DNA of 64,000 nt from Lingula anatina. Taxonomy: Eukaryota > Animalia > Brachiopoda. The position numbers and the translations under genes are program-made. Under the pieces are notes generated by a model. The model was not told the DNA's origin and did not search any database. It saw nothing but the letters and a program-made list of their open reading frames with translations. Position 1 is the first letter of the stretch. Each line of letters begins with the position of its first letter. The stretch spans positions 7,324,954-7,388,953 of the forward strand of contig CM120644.1 of NCBI GenBank assembly GCA_051362555.1. Reading direction: 5' to 3'. Positions 12,452-27,600 of this stretch are shown in pieces.

Positions 12452-14239
12452 TCATTTTCCCTTCTTTTTCTTATTGGTCCTCTCGGCGCTTTCTGATCTA
12501 GCCCTTTCTTTTTCTGAGCGCACCCTTTCTTCTTCTTCCATAACTAGTCGCTTTTCTTCCAGTCTGCTGGCAGCACGTGGTGACTTGGAGTGTATTTTTA
12601 GGAAAATGTCACGAAATTTGTTGTCAGGGAACAAAGTTTCCATCATTCCTTCCATTATGACATAAAGCAGGCGACGGTTCAGAGCTTTGTACTGAAACAT
12701 CTCAAACACGCGGAAAACCCCTTTTCTGGTAGTTTCACTTCCCACTAGGTGGCGTACTTCATCTGAAATAGTAACCCAGTTCTCATGAGTGAACATGAAA
12801 CTTCTGAGACATGACATGATATTAATATACAGGGTGGTCCAAAAAATGACCTATTTTACCTTAAAGGTTTCCAATTTCTGCAGAATTTGTAAGGATAAAA
12901 TGGTCATCCTCATGGAACAACTTGGTGAAAGAAAGTTGGAAAAATCTTAATAACATCAAAATTGAGATGGAAAGTAAAAATTGCTAACCAAGCTAACTGA
13001 TTACCAAATGGTTTTCCTTAAGCACTTTTCCAGTAAAATTAAGCATTAACCCATATTTGGCTTGATGTAAATTTTTTCACATCGAATCTGTGCTTTTGCA
13101 TAAAATATGAAATTAATAAAAAGAAGTAATTGGTATTGATACTGCAGAAACTGGAAAGAAAAAAATTATAACACTCTCTCTCTTTCTGTAAAATCCACTG
13201 TCCACTACCAAAATCCCTTCCTTTTTTGGTAAACAAATCCCATCAATCTAACAAACATTTTTATTTTACTATTCCAGCAAATAATTTTATTTCATTTTTA
13301 AGACCATTCCTTTAAAATAGTTAATTTAAATCTGAACCACCTGCCAATAATGAGATCTTTATTTTAGTCAAACCCACCTGCCACTCCGCCTAACATCTTT
13401 GTTTTAGTAATAACCCTGGTCCTCATCATGGTATTAAGATCTCTTTCCGGTCTTGGTTCAGCTAAAATGCCACTGGGCCAGAAGGAATCCCTGGATAAAC
13501 AAAATTTGTCACACCTAATAATTTGTATTATTAAATGTGACTAACTTAAAATGTTTGACGTAAAATGAATGAGGTAATATGAATTAACACTATTCTGATA
13601 CAAAATGTCCCTGCTTGGATGTGTTAAACCAAGGAATTAGATGAGGATTTAAGGTGCATTACAATAACAAACCAATCCCTGAAGATTATCAGATGTGTTA
13701 ATTTGCGGAAAACTTCCAAGATTTTACATAAAGTGGAATTTAATGGGCCACTCCCTGGGATATTGCTTCTAAAATGAATTTTCTTGGGGTATAGAGCAAT
13801 TTTCTCTTACTCAGGAATTTTATTGCTTGACCCATCCCTGTGCTTGGATTCAATGTTTTATTTCTTTTTTAATCTAATACTTTAGTTAAAATTGTGTGGC
13901 ATAAGAAACAACATCTACCGTCAAGCACATTGCCTCAATTTTAAACAAAAAAGGTGGGGTGTTTTGTACTGCAGCTCTGTCAGAAATTTTTCATCTATGA
14001 TCATGAAGTACAAACATTATCAGTAGATGACAAATGTGAAATTGACATTAGAGAGAATATTAAAAAAATTGAAGCATTATTTATCTAGGTTGTCCATTTT
14101 GTGAAAAATGTACTTATAGCTCTAATATACCTGTTATAATTGAATACATACCTGAATTGCTGCACATATTCTGCTACTTGCTCAGCTGAGGTCATAAGTT
14201 CTACATGGTCTAGAATTTTTCTAAATAATAATAATAACA

Positions 14240-14277
<38 letters not shown>

Positions 14278-17200
14278 CCTGTGATAAATATCTTCAACAG
14301 AAGAAAAAAGTGAAAAATGTCCAAAATGGCTAAAACACCTTACAACTTAAAGAATTTTTTTTTATATATTAACTAAGCAATTTTTGCTCTGAGTCAAATG
14401 GAAAACAAAAAAATCAGAAACAGACAGACAAACAGATAGAGAGAGAGAAAAAGAGAGGGGGAATGAAACCTGTTAATGGAGTCCCCCATGGCCATTTTGA
14501 TGATCTGTCTCAGCACTGCCACAATCCTGCGTCTCAGCCACTGATTTTTACTTTTCAGATCAAACACTTCATCCATCAAAAGCAGCATGATACGAAGTGG
14601 GATGTTGTCTGCCTCACCATCCTGAAACAAACAAGTCTATTTTAATGTCCAAATAAACAGAAGTCTAGTATGTTAAGTATGTCTACCAGCATTGGTCATG
14701 GTGATTTCTTTTGCCTAGTTGTAGCTTACACTATAACCATTATATTTACTGTCCAATCTTGTGTCCCAGCATTTGATCTATTTAAAATAGCTTATCATAC
14801 CATCTGCCTACACAGATTCTATAATATTATAATTAAGTAGCACTTTGAGGCAAGGTCGCATATAACACCGTCCACTACAGGGAACACAAGACACTGTAAC
14901 ATCTAACACATTGTCACATCAAACACACTGTCACATCTAACACATTGTTACACCTAACACACTGCCACACCTAAAACACTGTTACACCTAACATACTGTC
15001 ACACCTAACATACTGTCACACCTAACACATTGTCACATCAAACACATTGTCACACCTAACACACTGTCATACTTTCACACCCTGTACAATATCACATGTA
15101 GCACACTATCCTATAACTACCAAACTGTTTGTAACACACTGGCATAACCACCCAACTGCCATGTTCAGTTCCTCCTTCTATATTGTACTCACTAATGTGT
15201 CTAACCCATCTAAATCCTCCAGTGAATCCCTCTTCTCTGTTGCTGGACCAACCTACCTCAATGAAAAAGACATTTTAAGTTGGGAGTTACATTGATTTTT
15301 TCATATCATTTTAAAAAGATACACCACAGAAGAGGTGGGAGTGGTTTGCTCCTGTTCACAAGTTCGCTACCAACTGTTTGAACAATTCAAATTTAATCTG
15401 TTTAATTGGCCATGTCAAACCTCCATTTAGGGATCTCCATTTAGCCAACTCTCTTCTGTAATAGCCGAGCTATCTACTTGTTCAATCTTTCAAAGCGTAC
15501 TAAGAAAACCTGCCAGTGGCTTATTAGGAAGTCACACCTCTTACTTCACACAGAACTTGTAAATTAAAGCACACTCTTTACCATCAAATATTTATATAAA
15601 ACTAGGAAACAGTTCATCTTTGATAACCTCACCCCTTTCAGTATTTTTCCAAAACCATCCACCAAGTCCTTGGGAAGCCCTCGTATACCGCCTGACATCT
15701 TGATCATCCCATCTACAAAGTTGTCTGGCACAGATTTCACTGCATTGCCCATCATCTTCAGTGGATTCACTATACTGTCCATCTTAAAACAAAAATGAAG
15801 GCATTGTTCAAAAATGATTATTTGACATCATAAGATTTTTATGTAGCTCTCATCCTCTGCATGGTAATATCTTAGACAAAAATATATTACTTTTACCTTT
15901 TGTCACGTTTCTTTTCCTTTTTTCCTTAAGTACAGTTTGCATTTAATGTAAGTTTTTAACTATCTCCCTCTCGTCCACCTGCCTTCACTCCCTATCTTGA
16001 TTACTCCACCCCCTGCCCTTCTACTTTTGCCCCCTCCCTACCTCTCCTCTCCTCTCCCTCCACCTCCTAACCACCCTCCTCCCCATCCTCCCACTCTACC
16101 TCTACCCCCTCCCTACCTCTCCTCTCCTCTCCCTCCACTCTCTCACCACCCTCCTCCACCCCCACCCACTCTACCTCTACCCCCTCCCTACCTCTCCTCT
16201 CCTCTCCCTCCACCCTCTCACCACCCTCCTCCACCCCCTCCCACTCTACCTCTACCCCCTCCCTACCTCTCCTCTCCCTCCACCCTCTCACCACCCTCCT
16301 CCACCCCCTCCCACTCTACCTCTACCCCCTCCCCACATCTCCTCTCCCTTCACCTCCTCCCACTCTCCTCCCCATCCTCCCACTCTACCTCTACCCCCTC
16401 CCCACATCTCCTCTCCCTCCACCTCCTAACCACTCTCCTCCCCATCCTCCCACTCTACCTCTACCCCCTCCCCACATCTCCTCTCCCTTCACCTCCTCAT
16501 CACCCTCCTCCACCCCCTCCCACTCTAACTCTACCCCCTCCCTACCTCTCCTCTCCCTCCACCTCCTAACCACTCTCCTCCCCATCCTCCCACTCTACCT
16601 CTACCCACTCCCCACATCTCCTCTCCCTCCACCCCCTAACCACCCTCCTCCACCCCCTCCCACTCTACCTCTACCCCCTCCCTACCTCTCCTCTCCCTCC
16701 ACCTCCTAACCACTCTCCTCCCCATCCTCCCACTCTACCTCTACCCCCTCCCTACCTCTCCTCTCCCTCCACCTCCTCATCACCCTCCTCCACCCCCTCC
16801 CACTCTACCTCTACCCCCTCCCTACCTCTCCTCTCTCTCCACCTCCTCATCACCCTCCTCCACCCCCTCCCACTCTACCTCTACCCCCTCCCTACCTCTC
16901 CTCTCCCTCCACCTCCTCATCACCCTCCTCCACCCCCTCCCACTCTACCTCTACCCCCTCCCTACCTCTCCTCTCTCTCCACCTCCTCATCACCCTCCTC
17001 CACCCCCTCCCACTCTACCTCTACCCCCTCCCTACCTCTCCTCTCCCTTCACCTCCTCACCACACCTCCTCCACCCCCTACCACTCTACCTCTACCCCCT
17101 CCCTACCTCTCCTCTCCCTCCACCCTCTCATCACCCTCCTCCACCCCCTCCCACTCTACCTCTACCCCCTCCCTACCTCTCCTCTCCCACGACCCCCTCA

Positions 17201-20200
17201 CCACCCTCCTCCACACCTTTCTGGCTAGGTTCTGTCACTCTTCCCACAGCCCTTCCAGTACATGAAATGTTCAGTTATAGATATGAGACCCTCACCTTTC
17301 TGGCCATCTCACTCTTCCCTTTCTCCCACAGTCCTGGCTGCATGAAGCCGTAGATCAGCTGGAGCAAACCTCGGTTGTTGGCCAACACATCACGGTTCAG
17401 GAGAGTCTGACAAATATAATTAGTAAGTTATTAATCGATTGTTTAATTAATTTTCAAAGCAGGTGCCCTTGGGATGGCCCCTGTTTCTACCCTATGACTT
17501 CATAGTTTAACTGAGCTTAACAGGGGCGGAACCAAGATTATTTGAAGGGTGGGGTCAGGAACGACAGGCCTCGGATGCGAATCTGACAATCACCCCCTTG
17601 GTGTGGAGTTTGGGGCCTGCTCAATTTTTGGTGTTTCAGAGAGCAAACAGAAACAGTGCCCTTTGGTACAGTTTAGAACTATAATCTAGCTAGTCAAAAT
17701 TCTAATTTCAAGAGGGGAATATTGGTGTGATTTATTTTTCAGAAACCGAGGGGGGGGGGGGACAGGACCCCCCTGACCCCCCCTCTAAATCTGCCACTAC
17801 TCAATAAATAAACCAAACTTAACTAGTACACCAAACTTAATGAAACAAACACACAAAATCAAAAATATGTGTTGTCTTTTTCTATTAGAAACTAATGTGC
17901 TGCCATATACATTACCACAGCCATGTGCAGTTACATCTTGAATTAAAAAAAAATATTATTCACATTTCAAATCATTTAAAAAGTTCTATTTATCTGTATT
18001 GTTGGAAAGCCAGTAGCAAGGTATAATGTTTATACTTACACAAAAGGATATGTTTTTTTTTCTTTATAAATCCACACAAATTTGACTCACTGTTTCCCAA
18101 AACTAAATTTTGGCCAAAATTTTCCTTACCAAATCATTTGAAAATGCTTAATTTAGAGTGAGACAACAATTTTTTTTGATTGATTTTATTACAAAATCCA
18201 AAATCACCTTGAAATTAAATAACACATAAATGGATGTAATTACAAGCACATGACCTTCATTAAGCATATTTAAGATCTCATTGTCTGTCACGTCAGTTTC
18301 TTGAATCAGACCAGACAATGTCCTCATAGGGGAGTTTTGATTTTGTAACTAAGCTACGGTGTGGTGTTACTTTTCTTTCCTGGAATAACCCATTCCCAAG
18401 TTGAGAATTGTGAGCCAAATCTAGATTACAGCCCTTACTAGTAAAAAATACCCCGCCGTATTTCTAAGAACTCAGTACACGCTGTATTAAGAGGTTAAAG
18501 CAGAATCAAATTTGGAATCATCTGTACAAATTTTTTTTTTAAATTGACATATGTAAAATTAAAAGGAGTTCCAAGAAAGCTGTAAGTAAAATTAGAAACA
18601 CCTACACTTAGTGCCTTAATATAACATGGGCTAATAATCAGTTTGTAAGCCAAAATAGCAGTCACATATGCAGGAAAAGAAGTGTGATTTATTTTTAGAT
18701 AGTTATCTACAATGTATGGCCAGAAATAGAAGTGGGTTCCCCTTAACAAGTAAAATTTTAATTCGTGGGCATTATATAGTCGATTTGAAAGCAACTATCC
18801 CAGAGTCAGGGCATCAAGAGCAGGGAGGGGGTGGGGAGGGGGGGGGTGGGGGCGGGGGGGGGGGGGGGGAGGAGTGGGGCAAGGGGGGATTAATGGTCAG
18901 ATTTAACAGAGGCCAGTACTGAGTATGGGACCATTCAGAATAAAAGATCCGAGTATCTACTGGTCCAAGGCTCAAATATGACGGACCCTACATGAAAGGA
19001 AGACCGCTTAATCCTGTAATGGTCTCTCTGCCTCTCACACACCTCCCTACCCATTGTCCCTGCAGGGGCAAAGTAACTAAATCATTCAACCAGACACGTC
19101 GTCCCTGCAGGGGCACAGTAATTTAATCTCGGCTCCATTCGACTAGATGCATGGGGACAACTGTCAAACTGTCAGAAATGATCAGAAATGCCCAGACAAA
19201 GTGACCCACACTGACACATTTTCAACAAGTTTGGACATAGTATGTTTTAAATTAGGTGCCCTGACTGGGCTTATATTACATCAGACTTTGCTGAAATGAT
19301 CTTCAATTTCAAATTGGGTTTTGGTTTAGTCCACAACCAGAGCCGTTAAGATTCTAGAACCTTGGACTGTCAGTACATACATATACCTGAAATAACTGAC
19401 ATTGCAAGGCTTTAAAAAACTGTTATATTCAATGAATCACCATGATCTAGTGCTCATTACTTCCAAGATGGATTAAACAGACATCAATATTGTAAAGAAC
19501 ATTATCAAAACTGTTTAAAGGTGTTCAAAGTAATCTTAGGCTTCGTTCACATGGAATGTCTATTTTCTAAAAATCTATTTTCTATTCGCGCTATCTTATG
19601 ATCACGGTCTGTGCCCTGAATATCCCGCCGCGTAATTACTGGCAGCGCGAGCCAGTTACTTATAGTAACTTATAGTAACTGGCTCGCGCTGCCAGTAATT
19701 ACGCCGCGGGATATTCAGGGCACAGACTGTGAACATAAGACATACCGCAAATAGAAAATAGAATTTAGAAAATAGACATTGCATGTGAATGAAGCCTTAA
19801 TAGTAGATTGGTGTTTATGACTGGGTTCCCATGCCTAGATTGATCTAACTGGATTGACCCAGCTCCCAGGGGTATCTCGCTAAATTGCTTTTAGCTTAAA
19901 TGGCTTATGTCTGGCATGCCTACTGAAGCTGCTAAATGATTATAGTTAATAACCCTCTAACAGCTTCAGTGGGTGTGCAAGACATCTAAGCTGCTTTAAT
20001 TGATAGCAATTTAGTGCAGGAATGGTCTCTATGATGAACAAGTGAATTGCTTTAGCTTCATTTTAAGTAATACATTCCAATAAACTTGCTCACTAAGATC
20101 AGCTACGTAACACAGGAGTGGATAAGTCCACCTGAGGGATCCAGTGTAATACAAATGTTCATCATGTTTTGATATATATAATCAGAATTCAGTAGTAGTC

Positions 20201-21604
20201 AGAAATAGTCAGAAATACCGTTATTTTATCAGACGTGCAAAAGCAGGAAATGATCAGAAATAGTGGGTAATTCTAGGACGTTTGGTAAGAACTTCATTTG
20301 TAGGAAATAAGCAGACAAAACGTCATGAATAACAATAAACTCAAATTGCTTTTGCCTTGGGAGTTCCATCCCCTTGATTTCACCCCACACTGGCACCTGC
20401 CACACTGGATACTTGTCCTGGCATCACATAACCTGGCCCTGTATAACCCACAAGTATCTAATCATGAAACTTTAGGTTCACTTCAGACCTGCTCCCACAC
20501 AAAAAACACACATGCTCAGTCACTTCAGGTCACAAAGTGCTCCGTGCTTTTCTCATGATTTTAGGAAAACTTTGCTATTAAAACATTTATATGATACTTT
20601 AAGACACAAAAACTACAAGACACTGAGTGCAGGGCGGGGTATTAAGTACGTGCTGGCATTCTCAGAGTTAAATTGAACAGCTTATCAGTGCATAATTTTA
20701 TGATAAAAACGACCAAAATTTGATTTCTTGGATAGTCTTTGACAATTTATTTTTGAATCAGCATTTTTGTTAGTGTCCTTCAAACCATAGTTAAAATGAC
20801 AAATTTGCGCAATGTGAAAAATAGGAAAAATGCATGTAAGCATAATATATATATATATATGGTTTTTAAAGCACGTTTTAGGCCTGTACTTTGGATGTTC
20901 AACGAGTCAATTCCTGTTAGGGTCTTATAAAAGTGCTAAAGAACTCAAGTGTGAAGTACTAAAGTGAAAAACGAGCACCTGCAAATAATGATCCAGTTCC
21001 TTCTTCCTCTTCTCCAAGAATTCTTCCTTCAAGTTGTCAATAAGCTTCTTACTGGGAAAATTAAGGGTAGCAAGAGATGGATACTACAAAAGAAGGAAAT
21101 GAATATTGAAAATCATACTACAGATACTGGCATGTAGCCAGCAATTATAAAAGGGGGGGGGGCGTTTTCTGAAAAACTGAACCTTTAATCACAGGGGCGA
21201 TTTAGGCCGTCTTCTGGGTCTTTCGGAAGACGGTCAGATTTTCAAGTTTACATTGTCGGGCATCTAATATTTTCTGTCAGAAGATGGTCAAAAATGGAGG
21301 ATGGATCAACAAAGATAATTTGGAAGACTGTCAGAAAATATCTCTGGATCCGCCCCTGAATCATGAAAACTTTCTGTTACAGTACCTAAATCAAATGTAA
21401 TCTAGAGCAGGTTTTTTCACAGAAAAAAGGCAGTTCATTCAACACCCCCCCTCCAAGCTCTGGGCTTGAAAAAAGAAGAAAAAGTTAACTTTTTCTTTTG
21501 TCTAATTTTTAATTCTTATCATAAAAGGTGTTCACACTAAACTTACATCCACTCAACATATGCATATCATAAAAGTCGTGTTGCATCATCATCAATCCAA
21601 TCAA

Positions 21605-21641
<37 letters not shown>

Positions 21642-24600
21642 TAAAAACAAGCAAATTAATAAATATATATGATAACAATCAAGGTATTGCCCACCTTATC
21701 AGTGATAGTCATATGGAGGTCGTGGAAGTCGCTGTATCTCCTGTAACAGTCCCATATATCAGGTTCACCGTCCGCCCTCTCCCTCTTCATCACTCTAATA
21801 AAATACACAGCATATGACTTGTTCCCTTTCTCCTCCTTCATCACTCCGCTGCTGATCACTGTGGCCTCCAAGTGGAATTCATCGTTCAAGATGGTGGCCT
21901 CTGCAGGTTCGTCTGCCTCTGGCACTTCCACGTCCTTGTTAAGCAGGTCCAGCTCGGCCAGCAGTTTGACATAGATTGTGCTCTTCTTGAAGGCTTTGTA
22001 ATAGTTGTCTCCCTCCAGGATCTCACAAACCTGAACGCAGAGAACAATCATTATACTATCAAAATTTGTCCTTGCTCAGGATAAGTGCATTAAGTTAACG
22101 TATTTAAGTTTTGCCAAATGCAAAAGATGGCCAAATTTGAAAAAACATACCTGTTTTTTACATCTTTTCACCAGTCTGTCCCTAATTAGACTCAGCATTT
22201 TTTATTAGAATAAAAATGAGCAGTCCTTTGGCTCTAAGAAAAACCAATTTAAGAGTATTTTCCCCATGTTATTAACTATTTTGAGAAAGAAAAGGCCATT
22301 GTCTCTTTCAGAATGACAACAGACTGATTTATCTAATATGTCTACATTCAAGGGGATGATCTGCCCCCCCCCCCACCTCCTTTCTAGGGGACAGTGGTTC
22401 TTTTTCTGTCTTTGCAACCTCTTTCAACTGGCATGCCTTTGTCCACTTCAAATTATATTCACTGTTCACAAAATATATAAGTATAATTGTTATAAGGTAC
22501 TGTACCTCTCCATACAGCATTGTCTTACCTTGCATCGAACTTCTTCAAAGCAATCTGCATGCGGTGGTCTCTGTTTGATCTTGTGAAGTGTTCTCCGTAA
22601 CAGAGCCTCATCTAGAGTTATTCTCTGGGTGGCCTGAAATACAATATTGAGAAAAAATATAGGCGTTCTCCATATCAGAATCTCATCCAGAGTAATTCTC
22701 TGGGTGGCCTGAAACACAGTATTCAGGAAAAAATGCAATGTAGGTGTTCTCCATAACAGACCCTCATCTAAAGTAATTCTCTAGTGGCCTGGAATATAAT
22801 ATTGAGAAAAAAACAAATAGAAAGATGTAAGAAATCAATATGAATGTGGATTTACGCTGAAATTAAACAGACCCTCCCTGGGGCTCCCTTTTACTGCCTC
22901 AAAACCAAGAAAGTGTTGCATTCACACTCCCTTACCTTGGGTGTTGTATCATGTATGTATAGGAAAGTGTGCAGCGTCCTGAGACCTACCTTTTCTGACA
23001 GATACTGGTTATACAGACTGAGAGCAGCGCTCTGCAACATCTCGTAGATGGCCTCAGTACTCTCCTCGTCTTCTTGCGTCGACTCCCGTGCGGCAGAGAT
23101 CTGTTGTTCCGCTGACACTCTGTATGCGTCGATGTTCAGGTAGAAGTAGATGTACACCTGGGCCCCAATACTGGTCATATAGTCTGAAACATTGCAGTGT
23201 GCAAGTGGATTAGCTACCTGGGAGATATTCTTCCAACTTCAGGCCTACCCAACTACCAGACTCGGCACCGAATGATCCTGAATTCACCGGTAGATCAGAC
23301 CACACTACCCGTTTTCAAGGTGTGTATCAGTACGCATTTCACAGTATCAGACGCGACACCGCTCTTGCCTAGTACGCTATGTGATAGTGACGATTCTCAG
23401 CGGGGTTGAAAAACATTGCACCACCACTCAAAATTTGTTCAGGGTATGATACTGTGTAATGCGATCTGACACACCTTGAAAACGGGTAGTGTGGTCTGAT
23501 CTACTGGTGAATTCAGGATCAATCGGTGCCGAGTCTGGTAGTTGGGTAGGCCTGAACTTGAAATTGTGTAAGAATGAAGTCTTTGCCATGTCATTCATAC
23601 ATAACCGGGGTCTAACAGACTGACATACATCTGCCAGTTTGATGTTATGTGACATTTGTGTCAACTTCATGTTAAACCATGTAAAAACTGGTCACATTTA
23701 ATTTAGTGAAAAAAATGAAACATTGCACATTGCACATGAGATCAAGTTACTAGTTTTGCAAGGTCCCTTAGGGACATGTCAAACATCGTTACAGCCATAA
23801 ACTTCCAAACAATAATAAGATATGGAAATTTCACATTGTTACTCTTAAAAAAGGAAATGAAAACAATTTCCAGCCATGCAAAGAACATTTTTTGTGAATA
23901 TTTTTGATGCTGTCAGTTAGGCAGCTTCATAGGCCACATTCACAACTGATGATCCGTAGACTAAGGGACCATTCACATGCAATGTCTATTTTCTAAATTC
24001 TATTTTCTATTCGCGGTATGTCTTATGATCACGGTCTGTGCCCTGAATATCCCACGGCGTAATTACTGTAAGTTACTATAAGTAACTGGCTCGCGCTGCC
24101 AGTAATTATGCAGCGGGATATTCAGGGCACAGACCGTGATCACAAGATAGCGTGAATAGAACGAAGCCTAAGGGACCGTTCACATGGAAAGTCTATTTTC
24201 TAAAAAACTAATTTTCTATTTGCGGTATCTTGTGATCACGGAAGTAACTGGCTCGCGCTGCGGGATATTCAGGGCACAGACCGTGATCACAAGATATACC
24301 GCGAATAGAAAATAGATTTTTAGAAAATAGACTTTCCATGTGACGGTCCCTAACTGATCTGCAGATCTGCAAATATAGCCAACCCACTTGAAAGTGATGC
24401 CGTATAATCCCTTACTAGACACTGAACAGATTCCCCAAGGGGATTAAGCATTAAGCTTTCAAGTTGATGGGCCATATTTGATCTGGGGATCTGTTAGTCC
24501 ATTGTTAGCTTTGGTTCTGAATGCAGCTTTTTCTATCTTCTATTCTTAGAGGTGTCATTCAGTTTGTTTCAAGAACGACTTTTCTTCAGGTGATTTCTGG

Positions 24601-27600
24601 ATCCAGGGTTGCATGTACCCTGTATGGAACACAATGCCTAATCACATAACCAGAGTGTTATTAGACTGAACTGAAGTGTTGAAAGACTGTTCCTTAACAA
24701 TCACAAAATATTTATTGTCAGTTGCTATCTTACACAGTTAACAAATTATGCTTGAAACTGACTTCCTTCCTCAATAATGATATGGATCTTTTAATTGGTT
24801 TATCGTGTGTGAAAACTGTTAAAACTGAAAATCCTTAAAACATAGCTTGCAATTTCTCATTGCACTTAAACCATAAGAAAAAAAATCAAAATGGAACTGA
24901 AAATCCTGTAATATTAAGGGATAATCCCGCATTATTTAGCTGACACGAAAGCTTTCCCCAGATAACTGTCCAGCTGTCATTTGTACGATAAAGCAATTTA
25001 AAGTTCATTCAATTCTACCGGTTATCAGCCTCATTCACTCTTACATGCATTTTATTGTTCTAACTCAGTAAGTTATAGCTTATATAAATGGGGGTCTTTG
25101 ACAATTTGTCAAATTACCCAATTCACAAATTCTTATGGGCTATTATAGACAGATTCTTAGATTACTTGTTTGGAAATTCTTTTACACTGATAACAGAATG
25201 AGATAGCAATTCACTGATCTATGTACTGACAACTTTGAAGTTACTAAACAGTTGGTCTTACTGGAAACCTTTAGAAAAGATGCTTTAAACAGTTGTCATG
25301 ATGGAAACAGCATTTTTACTGGCTTGGAATGATAAAACAAATGTCTGAATACATCTGATTTAGTTGTTGCCAGATGACAAGAACAGCAGCTTGGGTATCC
25401 TTTGCAAACTTTGTAGTACTAAGGATTTCCCGGAACATACACACAGACAAACATCAACATTTTGAAGGAAAAATTATGGTGGATTTACGTGAGATAGTGG
25501 ATATTAAGAAATCCAGAACTACACCAGATAACCCATTGAGGAATAGTCAATATGACCATATGAACAGTATATCTGACCTAGACTAGGCACGCTTAGTTCC
25601 ATTCGGTAAAAAAGAAAAACAAGGCAGCAAAGCTGTCAAATGTACAGACTAAAAACAGGAAATAACTATGCACAAAATAGGCTACTGTCACTTCTGATGC
25701 AAAAGTACATTATGTTAAACTGCAAATTCAACATCAAATTTTAATGATTGAATCTGACAAACTGCAATGATATGAGTTTATTTCCATTTTTGAAAGTTTA
25801 AAAACAATACACTATAACAAGTTTACCATCATTTTTACATAATCAACTAATAATGTTGTAAAGATGCAGGAAATGCCAAACAAGCACTTTTACGTATCTT
25901 ATTAATTAAATAATGAAACTGTTAACATGCCTAAGAATTAAATCTGAGGAAATGTGAAAAAACGGCATTTCTTTTATGGCCCGATTATGCTGATTTTTTA
26001 ACTCAACCTGCATTTTAGCAGGAATGACTACTCCTGTGAGTTTAATGACAATTGACCTATCTGTTTTTCTTATATTGTGTTTACAGTGTTGCATATATGC
26101 TGAAAAATGAAAAAACAGCATAACTACTAAAATAGTGGCCCGATCATGCCGATTTTCGAACTTGACCTGTGTTTTAATAAGATTGATTACTTCTGTGAGT
26201 TTCATGACAAAAGGTCTAATGGTTTTCCTTAAAATGTGTTTACAGGGTTGCATATATGCTGAAAAGTGAAAAAACAGCATAACTTCTACAATAATGGCCC
26301 GATCATGCTGATTTTTGAACTTGACCTGCGTTTTATGAATATTCATCAGCTCTGTAAATATAAAGCCAAAAAGTAAAACTGTCCTCCACTTATCGTGTTT
26401 ACAAGGAAAGTGCACGGCATCGGCGACGGCATCGGCATCGGCATCGGCATCGGCGACGACAGACGCAGGTGATGGCAATATGTACAGACACATCTGTGTC
26501 TGTACATAAAAATGGAGTAAGGATTATTATTTGTTCCCTTGTACATGAGTACAACTATACTTATAAAAAGTTGAGTAATATCCAATTCTCAACTGTCCAT
26601 AAAATACATTTCATTAATCTGTGCCACAGCTGCTATGTTTGAAATATTTAACAATTTTTTAATAATTGCACAGCATTACAACTATTCCTAATGAACTCCC
26701 ATACATCTGTATATACTGCACAGACATCATCTAACATGCCAACTGGGTCTGGTAACTGCTTTCTTCTGTGCCTGCATTAAGATTTAACTGATTTGAACAA
26801 TACTGAGCTATAAAAACAAGAAACAGTTTCATAGAACATTAAAACACACTCTGTCACAGAACAAATGTTATGCCTCCATGGCTTAAAATCATTTTGAAAC
26901 TGAATCTGCACCTTTGTAATTGTCTTTTCTTTTAAATTTTATTTACCTTTAAAGGAGGTTGATGAAAGCTTCTGTGTCCCCCAAAATTTCTAAACAGGGG
27001 GCTCACTAACCCTGGGTTTTCAGAACCCAGATGAAACACTGGATGTATTCAATTTTTTTTCCGTATTAAACAAGGACTTAGACAGCCTTGAAGCAAAATT
27101 TAAAACTATTGGGTATTTTCAGCACGTGGTAAATTATTTTTACAGTATACTGATTCTGGTTTAGAAAGGGATTCATGAAAATGCCCCAAAGAACCAAATA
27201 ACTTGGGCACCCCAGGGTTTGCAAAATGTTACACAACTATCACATATAATTATATTTTTGGCCTATGGTTTGCTTATTTAGAGGTGTTAATGTGACAACT
27301 CATTAACAGTCTTGATGTCAATGTCTTGTATCTCACAAAGCAACAATCAACACCAATCCTTAATTAGTTACCATTGTTAACTCGGTGATTCTGGAAAGGT
27401 AGATGGTACAGGGTTCATGCATATGTAGGTGCAAAGACACCTTGAAAATGTCAATGTATGAAAAATGAAAAGTTCACAAAAAAAATTCATATATTAACTT
27501 AAAGTAAAATGGTTCAATAATGCTCCTTTTTTATCTTGTCCTGTGCTTTGGAGCTAAAAATCACATCAGTAAGTATGAGGATTATAAATTAGTTACATGA

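Noticed and set aside
15997-16585. Proline-rich extensin-like and Gly/Glu-rich ORFs
   Set aside because: Translations of the C/T-rich intronic minisatellite.
25906-26493. 195-aa minus-strand ORF with ADADAD and internal repeats
   Set aside because: Lies within the HINE-like repeat; reflects its microsatellite and ~120-bp units.
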